This document shows, in pieces, positions 23,718 through 31,996 of a stretch of DNA of 35,772 bases; the first letter of the stretch is position 1; each line of letters begins with the position of its first letter. The translations under genes and the position numbers were made by a program. Source of the stretch: a virus (Duplodnaviria; Caudoviricetes); IMG/VR virus record IMGVR_UViG_3300030397_000136, positions 1 through 35,772 of that record; one strand, written 5' to 3'. The notes beneath the pieces are model-generated. The model was not told where the DNA came from. It saw only the letters and a list, made by a program, of their open reading frames with translations, and did no database searches.

Positions 23718-24944
23718 CTACTTACTGCCTAGCAATCTCTTAATCTTTATTTGTAATTGCAAAATTGCTATACGTAGTTTGAGTATACTTATTTGCTCCT
23801 CTTTCGTCTCCTGCTTTTTGTCTCCCTCTAGCGCTGTTATCGTCTGCTCCCTGTACCCTATTACCTCCCTCGGTTTGTCTATCGCTATTTCGTGGTGCGC
23901 AAAGCTGTTGTCCCACAAGTAACGCTTACCTGTGTTCTGTCCGATAATCTTAATGAGTGCTACTGCTCCTCCCACCTGCTCTTTCGTTATTCGTGGCTCT
24001 CCTCTCCTAGCAAATCCTACGTTTACTGTTCGTTTGTTTGGGTTCTCCCCTTTGAAGAAGTTGACTACTCTGCTGTTAGGTTGTAGATACCTTCCTGCTC
24101 CCCACGAGCTACGCCCTAGTGGTATCTGCTCGTATATCGTCCCGTCTGTGTCTATAAGGTAGTTGTAGCTTAGGTGTATCTGCTCTAGCCACGCTAGGCT
24201 TCCCTCTATGCTTCCTAGCAGCGTGTGGAAGGTGATACTGTCTGGCTCGTTACCTGCCCACGAAAACCTATCTAGGTCTTTCGGGTGTCGCTTCTTAATC
24301 TTTACCCCGTAGTCGATTATCGGTACTGGCTTACGTGTCTCTATCTCTGGCAATCGTCCCCACGGCAAACCTCGCCACCCTATAAGCGGGTCTGGTGTCC
24401 TCTGGTATCGCTTAGGCTTTAGCTCTCGCTCTTCCTTGTGCGTGTAAAACCTGTCATAGCCATAGAAGAAGTAATGTGTCCAGTTAGTATTTAATTTAAA
24501 CAATCCTCTAAAGCCGTGGTCTGCCTCGTGAAACGCACCTATCGCTGCCTCTGGTAGCTTACGCACTTCCCCTTTGTACCTGTGGCTTTGTTGGTATCTA
24601 CTCCTCTCGTGCCACCTTCCGTAAGTAATCACCTGTCCGTTTACTGCTCGTGCTTGCCCGTAGAGTGTCTTACGTAGTTTCAATTCCTCCCAGTCGTTGT
24701 AGTTAAGTAGCAAGTGTACCCAGTGAAACCCCATGTCTCCCACTGCTTTTTTAAGCCATTTCTCGTCTAGGTTGTCTCCGCTCTCCAATACTGCCCCCTC
24801 TAGTATGTCTGGTATCGTCCTAAACGATACCTCTATGTCGAGCCTTCCTGGTATACGCATGATGTCCCGAGCTTTAAGCTGCTCGTCCCTCTGCGTTCTT
24901 GTTATCTTTCTCGGGCTGATAACTAACCACTTTAGCTTCTTCAT
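23718..24944 (-). CDS. Endolysin-like protein: HExxH region + Amidase_2-like domain + C-terminal coil
   Basis: HEADH; ITFHT...SYNYLIDTDGTIYEQIP...SWGAG...NPNKRTVNVGF...AHHEI. Confidence 0.75.
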   Translation of the reverse strand: MKKLKWLVISPRKITRTQRDEQLKARDIMRIPGRLDIEVSFRTIPDILEGAVLESGDNLDEKWLKKAVGDMGFHWVHLLLNYNDWEELKLRKTLYGQARAVNGQVITYGRWHERSRYQQSHRYKGEVRKLPEAAIGAFHEADHGFRGLFKLNTNWTHYFFYGYDRFYTHKEERELKPKRYQRTPDPLIGWRGLPWGRLPEIETRKPVPIIDYGVKIKKRHPKDLDRFSWAGNEPDSITFHTLLGSIEGSLAWLEQIHLSYNYLIDTDGTIYEQIPLGRSSWGAGRYLQPNSRVVNFFKGENPNKRTVNVGFARRGEPRITKEQVGGAVALIKIIGQNTGKRYLWDNSFAHHEIAIDKPREVIGYREQTITALEGDKKQETKEEQISILKLRIAILQLQIKIKRLLGSK

Positions 24945-24956
24945 ATATCTATTTTA

Positions 24957-25466
24957 TTACTCGATAATCTCAAAAAAATGTCCGTGTTCCTTTCCGCTAA
25001 ATATCTGTGTTTTACATTCGTCTATCTGCTGTGGGCACACTGATATTTCGCTCTCTAGGTAGCACCTACTCCCTACTGGTGGGCTTTTAAATGTCTCGTC
25101 CCCGTATCTCCACTCTGATGCACTAGCCTCTTTTGGCTCTGCCTTTATCCTCTCGCTTATGTAGTTTGCATAGTAACCAAAATTGTCGCCTCCTTCTTTG
25201 TCGCAATGCAGTATGTCGTTCCACCTTATACCCGTCTCTTTGTAGATGTTCACAAAGCTTACAAACTTCGGGCTTTCTCCAAAGCGCACATACTCGTCTA
25301 GCGGGTATATATCTTCGTACTCTAACCAGTAGCTATAGTCTTGCCTGTTGTAAAAGTCTTCTGCAATTACCTTAGCCCCCATGTCTGTAAAGACTAGACC
25401 ACCCCATACTAGGAAGTACGAAAGTATTATATTTGTAAGCATCTTTTTGTTTAGTAGCTCTTTCAT
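24957..25466 (-). CDS. Membrane-anchored protein with Cys-containing external beta domain
   Basis: N-terminal TM IILSYFLVWGGLVF; lysis module position. Confidence 0.7.
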   Translation of the reverse strand: MKELLNKKMLTNIILSYFLVWGGLVFTDMGAKVIAEDFYNRQDYSYWLEYEDIYPLDEYVRFGESPKFVSFVNIYKETGIRWNDILHCDKEGGDNFGYYANYISERIKAEPKEASASEWRYGDETFKSPPVGSRCYLESEISVCPQQIDECKTQIFSGKEHGHFFEIIE

Positions 25467-25657
25467 TATTTCTTACCTCTTATAGCCTCAATAATAGCGC
25501 TTATGTCTAGTCCCATGAGCATACTAGGGATAGCGACAATAAACCACGGAATATCTTTTACGTAGCTGTTTATCAATACAAGAAAAATGATAAGCCCTAA
25601 ACCTATCAAAAAACGCATGTCTAAAACTTTTTTGTCTTTATCTTTTTTTCTTGGCAT
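25466..25657 (-). CDS. Small 2-TM membrane protein (holin/antiholin-like)
   Basis: 63 aa, basic ends, two hydrophobic segments. Confidence 0.7.
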   Translation of the reverse strand: MPRKKDKDKKVLDMRFLIGLGLIIFLVLINSYVKDIPWFIVAIPSMLMGLDISAIIEAIRGKK

Positions 25658-25802
25658 ATCTTTGTCTTAGTGCTCTGACTAAATAGTATGTAACGACCAC
25701 ACCTGCACCAAAGCCTGCGACAAAATACATGCCCGCCTCCACGCTAATAGAGGTTAGACCTACTGCGGTGGTACTAGTTGCTAGTATCTTACTTCCAGTC
25801 AT
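25638..25802 (-). CDS. 54-aa membrane peptide (MTGSKILATSTTAVGLTSISVEAGMYFVAGFGAGVVVTYYLVRALRQRYAKKKR)
   Basis: Translated by hand; one TM plus basic tail. Confidence 0.6.
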   Translation of the reverse strand: MTGSKILATSTTAVGLTSISVEAGMYFVAGFGAGVVVTYYLVRALRQRYAKKKR

Positions 25803-25810
25803 ATTTTTAT

Positions 25811-27691
25811 CTACTCTCCTGTTACATTGCGTAATCCTCCAAATATAGCCTGTCGTCCTATCGTTCGACCTCCTTCGATAGCAGGTGCTATATTTCGTAG
25901 TCCTTGTTGTGCTCGACCTACAGTACGACTTATCGCACCCACTGCACGGGGGCTACTTGCTGCTATCACTGGCGCTACTCCCGCTCCTACCGCTAGCGCA
26001 CTTGGTACACCTACTCCAATACCTGCTAGGAAGTTGAAGCCGATAGGTGGTAGGAAGTCTTTAAAGTACAGTCCCATAAGGTCGGCTGTAATGTCCGTCC
26101 CGCTTCGCTTCTCCATTTCCTTAATAAGCTCTCCTAGAAGTTCTTGATTGTCCCGCCCTGCACGTCGTAGTGCGTTAATCACTCGCTTACTGCTGTTGTT
26201 TACTACAATCTCATTGTCTCCGAGCGTAATACCTTTCGCCTGTCCCTGTAGCCCTAGCTCCTTTTTGAGGATACCTAGTATTGCGCTGTCGTTCTCGAAG
26301 TTCTTAAATAGCTTATCCATTTCTGGTATCTCTCTCACCATTACGTCTCGTAGGTCGTTATCCATTGAGGTAATCAATGCGTTAAACTCCCCACTTGCTG
26401 TAGGTCGGTACTTGTTACTGATAAAGCGCTTTAGCTTCCAGTATCCGCTAGGCGTAAGGTCTTTCTGTCGCCCCATGCGCTCTAGTATTTTTTGTATGTC
26501 TGCCACCTCCCGAGTGTCGCTAATAATTCCGTCTCGGTTAATGCGTCCGTTTGGTGTAAGCATGTCAAACTTACGCAGCGCTTCTTCTAGCTTCTTGTTA
26601 AATGGCTCTGGGTTAATCTCTTTCCCTGTAAGCTTCTCGTCCACTTTCGCTAGACCTTTTGCAAACTTCCTGTCTCGTTTTGTTTTGATAGCATTTGTTG
26701 CTAACTCTGCCTCTCGTGCCACTTTAAATACTAGGTTGGGGTCGTTCTTTGCCCTGTTCACTCCCTGGCTTGCTAGCTGTGGGTTTTCGATAGCGTACTG
26801 TATCGCTTTCTCTGGTGTACGGCTCAATGCCATTGCTGACAATTTCGCACCCTTCGCTATAGCTCTACCTGTTGCTCGTACTGCTGCACCTGCAATAGGA
26901 AACGCCCCCGCAATAATTGCGCTCTGTAGTGTTCGTCCGAGCACTCCCTTTTCTTGCTCGTCCTGTAGGGCTTCTCCAAATCCAAAAGGAAGACCAAGCG
27001 CTGCACTCTTTCCTACTGCCTTACCTACATTCTTTGCTGTGTCTGCTACGTTCTTACCACGTACGATACGTGCGCTTAGGTTCACTTTATTTGCTGCGTC
27101 TGCTACTCGTGTAGCCCCCTGTGCTACCCGTGCTGCTCCTGCTGCTCGTGCGACTGTCGCAGTTCCCTTTGCTAGCACACCTCCTGCTCCTGGCAATGCA
27201 AGGTTAGCAGCTAGGCTTAATGCACTACCTACTGCCTGTCGGTTTGTTACACCTCCTGTAACGATGTCTCGATATGTTTCTTCGTCTACAAGTCCCTGCT
27301 CTCGCAATCGCTGTAGCTCTCGCCCCTCGGGGGTAAACCTCACAAGTTCGCTACCTATACGCTTTCCTAAGTTCTCGATACCAAGAAAACCTGCCACTTT
27401 TGATAGTGTTCCTCTGTTCTCTAACTCCTTCTTGCTAGGTGTTCTCTCTACCTGCGCAACACTTGAAGTAGGTGGTACTGATTGTCCGCCTACTGGAAGC
27501 TGCGAGGGGTCTTGTGTTGGTACGTCTGTGGTCTTTGGTACTTGCTGTGTGTCGTTCACTCCCTCGATAGTGTTACCACGCTGTATAAGCGTGTCTATCA
27601 AGCTATCCCTAGTAAACGGGTTACTCGGGTCTGCGTTGTTGACCTCTTGAAGTATTTTGTCTATTTCGCTTTGTGGTACAAATCTTGCCAT
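25811..27691 (-). CDS. Internal virion / DNA ejection protein
   Basis: 626 aa, Ala/Gly-rich hydrophobic helices, C-terminal AASSPRAVG; after the adaptor gene. Confidence 0.7.
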   Translation of the reverse strand: MARFVPQSEIDKILQEVNNADPSNPFTRDSLIDTLIQRGNTIEGVNDTQQVPKTTDVPTQDPSQLPVGGQSVPPTSSVAQVERTPSKKELENRGTLSKVAGFLGIENLGKRIGSELVRFTPEGRELQRLREQGLVDEETYRDIVTGGVTNRQAVGSALSLAANLALPGAGGVLAKGTATVARAAGAARVAQGATRVADAANKVNLSARIVRGKNVADTAKNVGKAVGKSAALGLPFGFGEALQDEQEKGVLGRTLQSAIIAGAFPIAGAAVRATGRAIAKGAKLSAMALSRTPEKAIQYAIENPQLASQGVNRAKNDPNLVFKVAREAELATNAIKTKRDRKFAKGLAKVDEKLTGKEINPEPFNKKLEEALRKFDMLTPNGRINRDGIISDTREVADIQKILERMGRQKDLTPSGYWKLKRFISNKYRPTASGEFNALITSMDNDLRDVMVREIPEMDKLFKNFENDSAILGILKKELGLQGQAKGITLGDNEIVVNNSSKRVINALRRAGRDNQELLGELIKEMEKRSGTDITADLMGLYFKDFLPPIGFNFLAGIGVGVPSALAVGAGVAPVIAASSPRAVGAISRTVGRAQQGLRNIAPAIEGGRTIGRQAIFGGLRNVTGE

Positions 27692-27694
27692 ATT

Positions 27695-29578
27695 TTATAG
27701 TCCACTATTGCTAAATACTGATTGTTGCTGCTGTGTAGGCGCTGTGCTTGTTGTAGGCTCTGCACCAAATCCTGCCTGTGCTTGTAATATACGCTGTCCG
27801 ACCTCTGCGGGGTTCTCTCCGTAAAACTCCCAGTATGCACGACCACTCGCAAGTCGTAGGGAATTAAGCGTAACCTCTCGTGCTTGCTTCTTACGTGCAA
27901 GTGTTTCTGCACTGTCTCCTGGTTGTGGGAAGTAGGTACGCTCGTCGTTAGCAAACTCTTCTGGTGGAATTGCAGCACCACTATCTTTACGTAGGCGTGC
28001 CTCTGTGAATTGTCGCTGTGTCTGCTTCATTTGTTCGATAGCCTTCGATTGTAGGAATGGGCTATCTGCCTGTAACTGGAATTGTCCGAATGTTCCAAGC
28101 TCTGATACTTCCGTCTCTATTGCGTTCATAGCTTTAACTGCGTCCTCCATACGTGCGAAGAATGTAAAGCTGCTACGCTCTGACTGGTTCGGTGCTTTAG
28201 GTGGCTCTGTACCTTGTATAAACTCTCCTGCTTCATTGATACGTGCGACTACTGCACCACTACCTGTATTCTTCGCTCGTTCCTTCTCTAGCTCTCGGTT
28301 AAACTCTTCCGTCTCTCGTGCGTCCACTCCCTCTAGGAAGTCTGGTACGTTTCGTAGCCCACGGGTTACTTGTCGGCGCTGTACTAGCCCCTCTTCACGC
28401 TCTGCCTCTGTAAGGAGAAAGTTTAACTGGTCTACTGTAATTGCTCTGTTCTCTGTTCGGTCTTCCCGAGCAAAACCTATCTGTCGTTCTATCTCGTCTA
28501 CACCCTGGTCGTATAGGTCGAGTAGCTGCTGCTTCTCTTCTAGGTCGTTACTGATGTCTGCAAACGCTAGCTCGTTGAGAATACGCAAACGACCCGTACG
28601 GCTTCCTTGCGATAGCCACGGGTTATTTTTAAGCTCTCCTGTTGCTTCTACTAGGTCGTCTCGTTTCTTGTTAATCCTGTCGTTAATCTCTGCGAGACTG
28701 TTCTTTACGTCTTTGAGACCTGCAATATCGTATAGCTCTCGATACGTTTCTACTGTGCTTTTATCTGGTCGTCCGAAGGCTTGGTCTATAAGGTCTGGTA
28801 TACCTAGATTGTTTCGTATCTCGTTGCTCTCCTGCTCTGTTGGTAGCCCTCGTGCTTCGAGTAGTTGGTTAAACTCGCTAAAGCTCATTCCCGAGCGCCC
28901 CGCACTTCTCGCTAGGTTTGCTAACTCTGCGTCGCTAAGTCGGTCTGGGTCTACCTGCCCTACTCCTGGGATATTGATAGTGCCCCCTCCTTGCTGCACG
29001 TTGTTCTGGCTTGGCTGTGGTGTTGTCGTACCTCCTGCTGCTGCATTGCCTCCCACTCTTCCACTGCGCACTAAGCCTAGAAGCTGTTGGTTTTGCTGTG
29101 CTGTACCTTGATAGTTTTGTATACCTGCCTCTGCAGCCATACGTGCACGACTGGCAAAGTCGCTAGCCATTCCTCGGCTTGCTAGTTCGTCTACGATACT
29201 TCCGCTTGACCCTCCTGTGCGTATCGTAAGTTCTGTGCCTCTTCCTTGCGATGCTATCTCTGCCCGTGGTCGTTGGTCTGCCTCTCTACTCTGCGATGCG
29301 TTTGGTAGCGGTGTAAATCCTCCTACTGTAGAAGGTCGATTATTTAAACTTGGGCTTGCAGGGTTTGCGGGTGTCTGAAACTTTGAAGCGTCGAAGAATT
29401 GCGTAGAAGTCTGTGGTTTAAATCCACTTATAAGACTGGCGAAAGGAGCAAACATGCTATTAAACTCATTTGCTCGTGTTGTTGCCTGGTTCTGTGCTTC
29501 GTCCACACTAACAAAGCGCTTGCTGTTCGGGTCGTTTGGGTTGTAGTTTGGGTTTTTTACTGTAGTCATATTTAACAT
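27695..29578 (-). CDS. Internal virion / ejection protein with DUF3597-like cell-wall-binding domain
   Basis: SIVDELASRGMASDFASRARMAAEAGIQNYQGTAQQNQQLL; coiled coil; LRKDSGAAI...YFPQPGD motif. Confidence 0.7.
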   Translation of the reverse strand: MLNMTTVKNPNYNPNDPNSKRFVSVDEAQNQATTRANEFNSMFAPFASLISGFKPQTSTQFFDASKFQTPANPASPSLNNRPSTVGGFTPLPNASQSREADQRPRAEIASQGRGTELTIRTGGSSGSIVDELASRGMASDFASRARMAAEAGIQNYQGTAQQNQQLLGLVRSGRVGGNAAAGGTTTPQPSQNNVQQGGGTINIPGVGQVDPDRLSDAELANLARSAGRSGMSFSEFNQLLEARGLPTEQESNEIRNNLGIPDLIDQAFGRPDKSTVETYRELYDIAGLKDVKNSLAEINDRINKKRDDLVEATGELKNNPWLSQGSRTGRLRILNELAFADISNDLEEKQQLLDLYDQGVDEIERQIGFAREDRTENRAITVDQLNFLLTEAEREEGLVQRRQVTRGLRNVPDFLEGVDARETEEFNRELEKERAKNTGSGAVVARINEAGEFIQGTEPPKAPNQSERSSFTFFARMEDAVKAMNAIETEVSELGTFGQFQLQADSPFLQSKAIEQMKQTQRQFTEARLRKDSGAAIPPEEFANDERTYFPQPGDSAETLARKKQAREVTLNSLRLASGRAYWEFYGENPAEVGQRILQAQAGFGAEPTTSTAPTQQQQSVFSNSGL

Positions 29579-30276
29579 TGTTCAAAGCTGCCACGCTTTG
29601 TGCTAGTTCTACCTCCGTAATTAAGTAAGTCGGTGTGTTCAAACGCTTCTGTCGTCTCACTCATGTAGTCTGCTTGGTCGCTTAGTTGGTTATCCCATGC
29701 TTCCGTAAGCAGCACCAGTGCGTCGCCCATCATCGCTCTACCTTTCTCGTAAAAGCTTCCCCGACCTTTGCGTAGGGTTAGTCCTAGTGCGTAAAGCTGT
29801 ATTGCTTCTTCTACCATGCTCTGATTGTCAAATGGGTGCTCGTCCGCATCGTCGCTTAGTTCGTCTGGTACTTCATGCCCCCAAATAAGAATGTTCTTAG
29901 TGCCGTCTGCGGGTGGTGTTGGGTGTATAAAGTAGCGCCTTCGGTAGTCCGCCCATATCTTCTTATTTCCTCCGTTGCTGTGGTCTTCCTTGTATTCTTC
30001 GTACTCTCGAAACAGCACCTTTTTGTATCGTTTCCCGTTGTATGTCAAAAACTCTATACTGTCGGTCTTAAAGTTCTCGGGATAGTTGTAGTATTCCTGG
30101 TTCGCCTCACTGTCTCGCTTTACCGCTCGTTGTGTCTCCTGCCAGTTGCGGAAGTTTGCAGCCCATTTTACCGCTCTGTTTATGTACCTGTTGAGTAGCG
30201 CAGTCGTATAAAAAACGTCCGTAGTCTCTACGCTTATGTCGTCTATTATCGCTTGTCTTAGTTCTCCCAGGTTCAT
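29572..30276 (-). CDS. Head-tail adaptor (tail tubular A / P22 gp4-like)
   Basis: MNLGELRQAI...LNRYINRA...YYNYPENF...IHPTP pattern. Confidence 0.75.
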   Translation of the reverse strand: MNLGELRQAIIDDISVETTDVFYTTALLNRYINRAVKWAANFRNWQETQRAVKRDSEANQEYYNYPENFKTDSIEFLTYNGKRYKKVLFREYEEYKEDHSNGGNKKIWADYRRRYFIHPTPPADGTKNILIWGHEVPDELSDDADEHPFDNQSMVEEAIQLYALGLTLRKGRGSFYEKGRAMMGDALVLLTEAWDNQLSDQADYMSETTEAFEHTDLLNYGGRTSTKRGSFEQC

Positions 30277-30280
30277 ATGT

Positions 30281-30314
30281 TTAATTTATTATAGCGTTTA
30301 TTAGTACGTTTTTA
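30281..30314 (-). promoter_or_regulatory. Putative late promoter, copy 2 (adaptor/ejection/lysis operon)
   Basis: 34-bp exact repeat of 5153-5186; TATAAT 11 nt before ATG 30276. Confidence 0.75.
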
Positions 30315-30333
30315 CAGTTTCCCTTGTGCATTA

Positions 30334-30594
30334 CTACGTAAGTGTCATGTAATACCAGGTCGCATTATCCCTTGAAAAGACATAGAGCCTCTTCGTCGTG
30401 GGGCTTGTAACACTGTCTAAGTAAATCACCATACTATCGGCAAACGTCTTAGGCTGTCCGCTTGGTATTGATGTCTGCACTTTCAAGTTCCCGAGCAGGT
30501 TTAAGAAGTCATTACGGTTAGGTATCGTCTCCGTACTTGTCTCTACAGCTTTCGGGCGCTGTGTCGGGTTTTGTACTTGTCCGTTATTCTCCAT
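30334..30594 (-). CDS. Small tail-associated protein
   Basis: 86 aa, ends KRLYVFSRDNATWYYMTLT, like short fibre/needle modules. Confidence 0.65.
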   Translation of the reverse strand: MENNGQVQNPTQRPKAVETSTETIPNRNDFLNLLGNLKVQTSIPSGQPKTFADSMVIYLDSVTSPTTKRLYVFSRDNATWYYMTLT

Positions 30595-31993
30595 TCTCGT
30601 AGTAAATGATTATCTTGCTAACCCATATATCGTTAGTTACCCACTCAAAGAATGGCTTAAACGAGCTAGTAAGTACGTTGCAGTCTACCCGTGTTCTCTC
30701 CGTCCCCGATTGACTTCCTGTATATGTTACTGCTTTTAATGTCTGCTCTGTTTCTTGTTCGTCGATATGACCCACATTAAAGTCGACACTTGTAAGCGCC
30801 TGTGCTTCGTGTTCTATCTCTATGCGCCGTATCCATACCTTAGAGGAGAAGTGGTAGCGGTTTGCTACAAGCTTTCCGTCTGTTCCTATTCCGTCTCGTA
30901 GGTCTATACGGACAAAGTTACCGCTACCCCCGCTATTCGTTTGACTAACCCAAAACCTATTGTCTCCTGCATATCGTAATGCAGTAAATTGTCTACTGTC
31001 CTGCGTGCTGTATGGTCTCCAAAATACCTTAGTACCAATTCCTGCAGGGTCTCCGTATGCAAGTACAGTATCGTCGTCTATGACGAGTAAGATACCTTCG
31101 GCATTAGCCATTTGATGCGAGTAAATAGGTGTGTCTGAAAATCCACTCTTTAGTCTCTGCAGCCCGTCTCCGTCGAAGTATCCTAGTGTGTCTCCAAATG
31201 TTACGTAGAGTACCCCGTTTACGTTTCGTACTCCTTCTACCTGTGCGTCTATCTCAATTTCTCGGATAAACTCTAGGGTAACTGTGTCGATGATGTATAC
31301 ACGCCCTCGGTTTGCTCGTGTGTGGCTGTAGTCGTCTGTGATACCGCAGAAACAAACAAGGTGTCGCCCGTCTGGGTGTTTAATCATTGCTGTTATGTTC
31401 ACGTCGCTAGGCAATGACATAGCTGCTGACACGTCGGTAGTCCCGTCCCATGTGTGCAATCGTGCTTTATCTGCAATATATAGCGTATCTTCTACCACTG
31501 CCATAGGGTGTCGGTAGCTGCTATTGAGCGCAGAATTACCTAGCGTAGTATCCCACCATGATTCGTCTAGCCCCGTCATTCCCGTGTTTAACTGCGCTAT
31601 GTCGTCTTGGCTCGTTACGTATACCTTCTCTGACCCCGTTCCCTCAAACATCACTATGTCGGTTGTTCCTATTCGATAGTCTTTATTTCCTGTTGCCGAC
31701 GTAGCTAGTGTTAGGGATACCCCGTCTACGTAGTAAAAGTTGCCGTCCTCGTCTACTCCGAAAAGGTCTTCTGCTGAAAGAGCGGGAAAGGTAGCGTCTT
31801 CTGTCATTGCAATCATTGCCCCTAGAGCCTCTGTATTCTCCTCTGTTGGGCTATCGTCTTGCGCCCACACCTTGCCTGGCTCTTTCATTAAGTTAAGTCC
31901 GTAGCTGCTAGGACAAAAACCTGCCTCCGAAGTGTGCGGGGTTATGCTCTCACCTGCTAAAAAGTTTTTTGCGTCTATTACGATTGTTTCCAT
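30584..31993 (-). CDS. Tail nozzle / stabilisation protein (P22 gp10-like, beta-rich)
   Basis: 469 aa, repeated short beta strands; position next to adaptor. Confidence 0.6.
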   Translation of the reverse strand: METIVIDAKNFLAGESITPHTSEAGFCPSSYGLNLMKEPGKVWAQDDSPTEENTEALGAMIAMTEDATFPALSAEDLFGVDEDGNFYYVDGVSLTLATSATGNKDYRIGTTDIVMFEGTGSEKVYVTSQDDIAQLNTGMTGLDESWWDTTLGNSALNSSYRHPMAVVEDTLYIADKARLHTWDGTTDVSAAMSLPSDVNITAMIKHPDGRHLVCFCGITDDYSHTRANRGRVYIIDTVTLEFIREIEIDAQVEGVRNVNGVLYVTFGDTLGYFDGDGLQRLKSGFSDTPIYSHQMANAEGILLVIDDDTVLAYGDPAGIGTKVFWRPYSTQDSRQFTALRYAGDNRFWVSQTNSGGSGNFVRIDLRDGIGTDGKLVANRYHFSSKVWIRRIEIEHEAQALTSVDFNVGHIDEQETEQTLKAVTYTGSQSGTERTRVDCNVLTSSFKPFFEWVTNDIWVSKIIIYYENGE

Positions 31994-31996
31994 AAG

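Noticed and set aside
26148-27650. 500-aa plus-strand ORF
   Set aside because: Antisense shadow of the 626-aa ejection gene; Ser/Ala/Arg-rich, no motifs or start context
28005-29111. 368-aa plus-strand ORF and the other plus-strand ORFs in the track
   Set aside because: All lie opposite well-supported minus-strand genes and show mirror-codon composition
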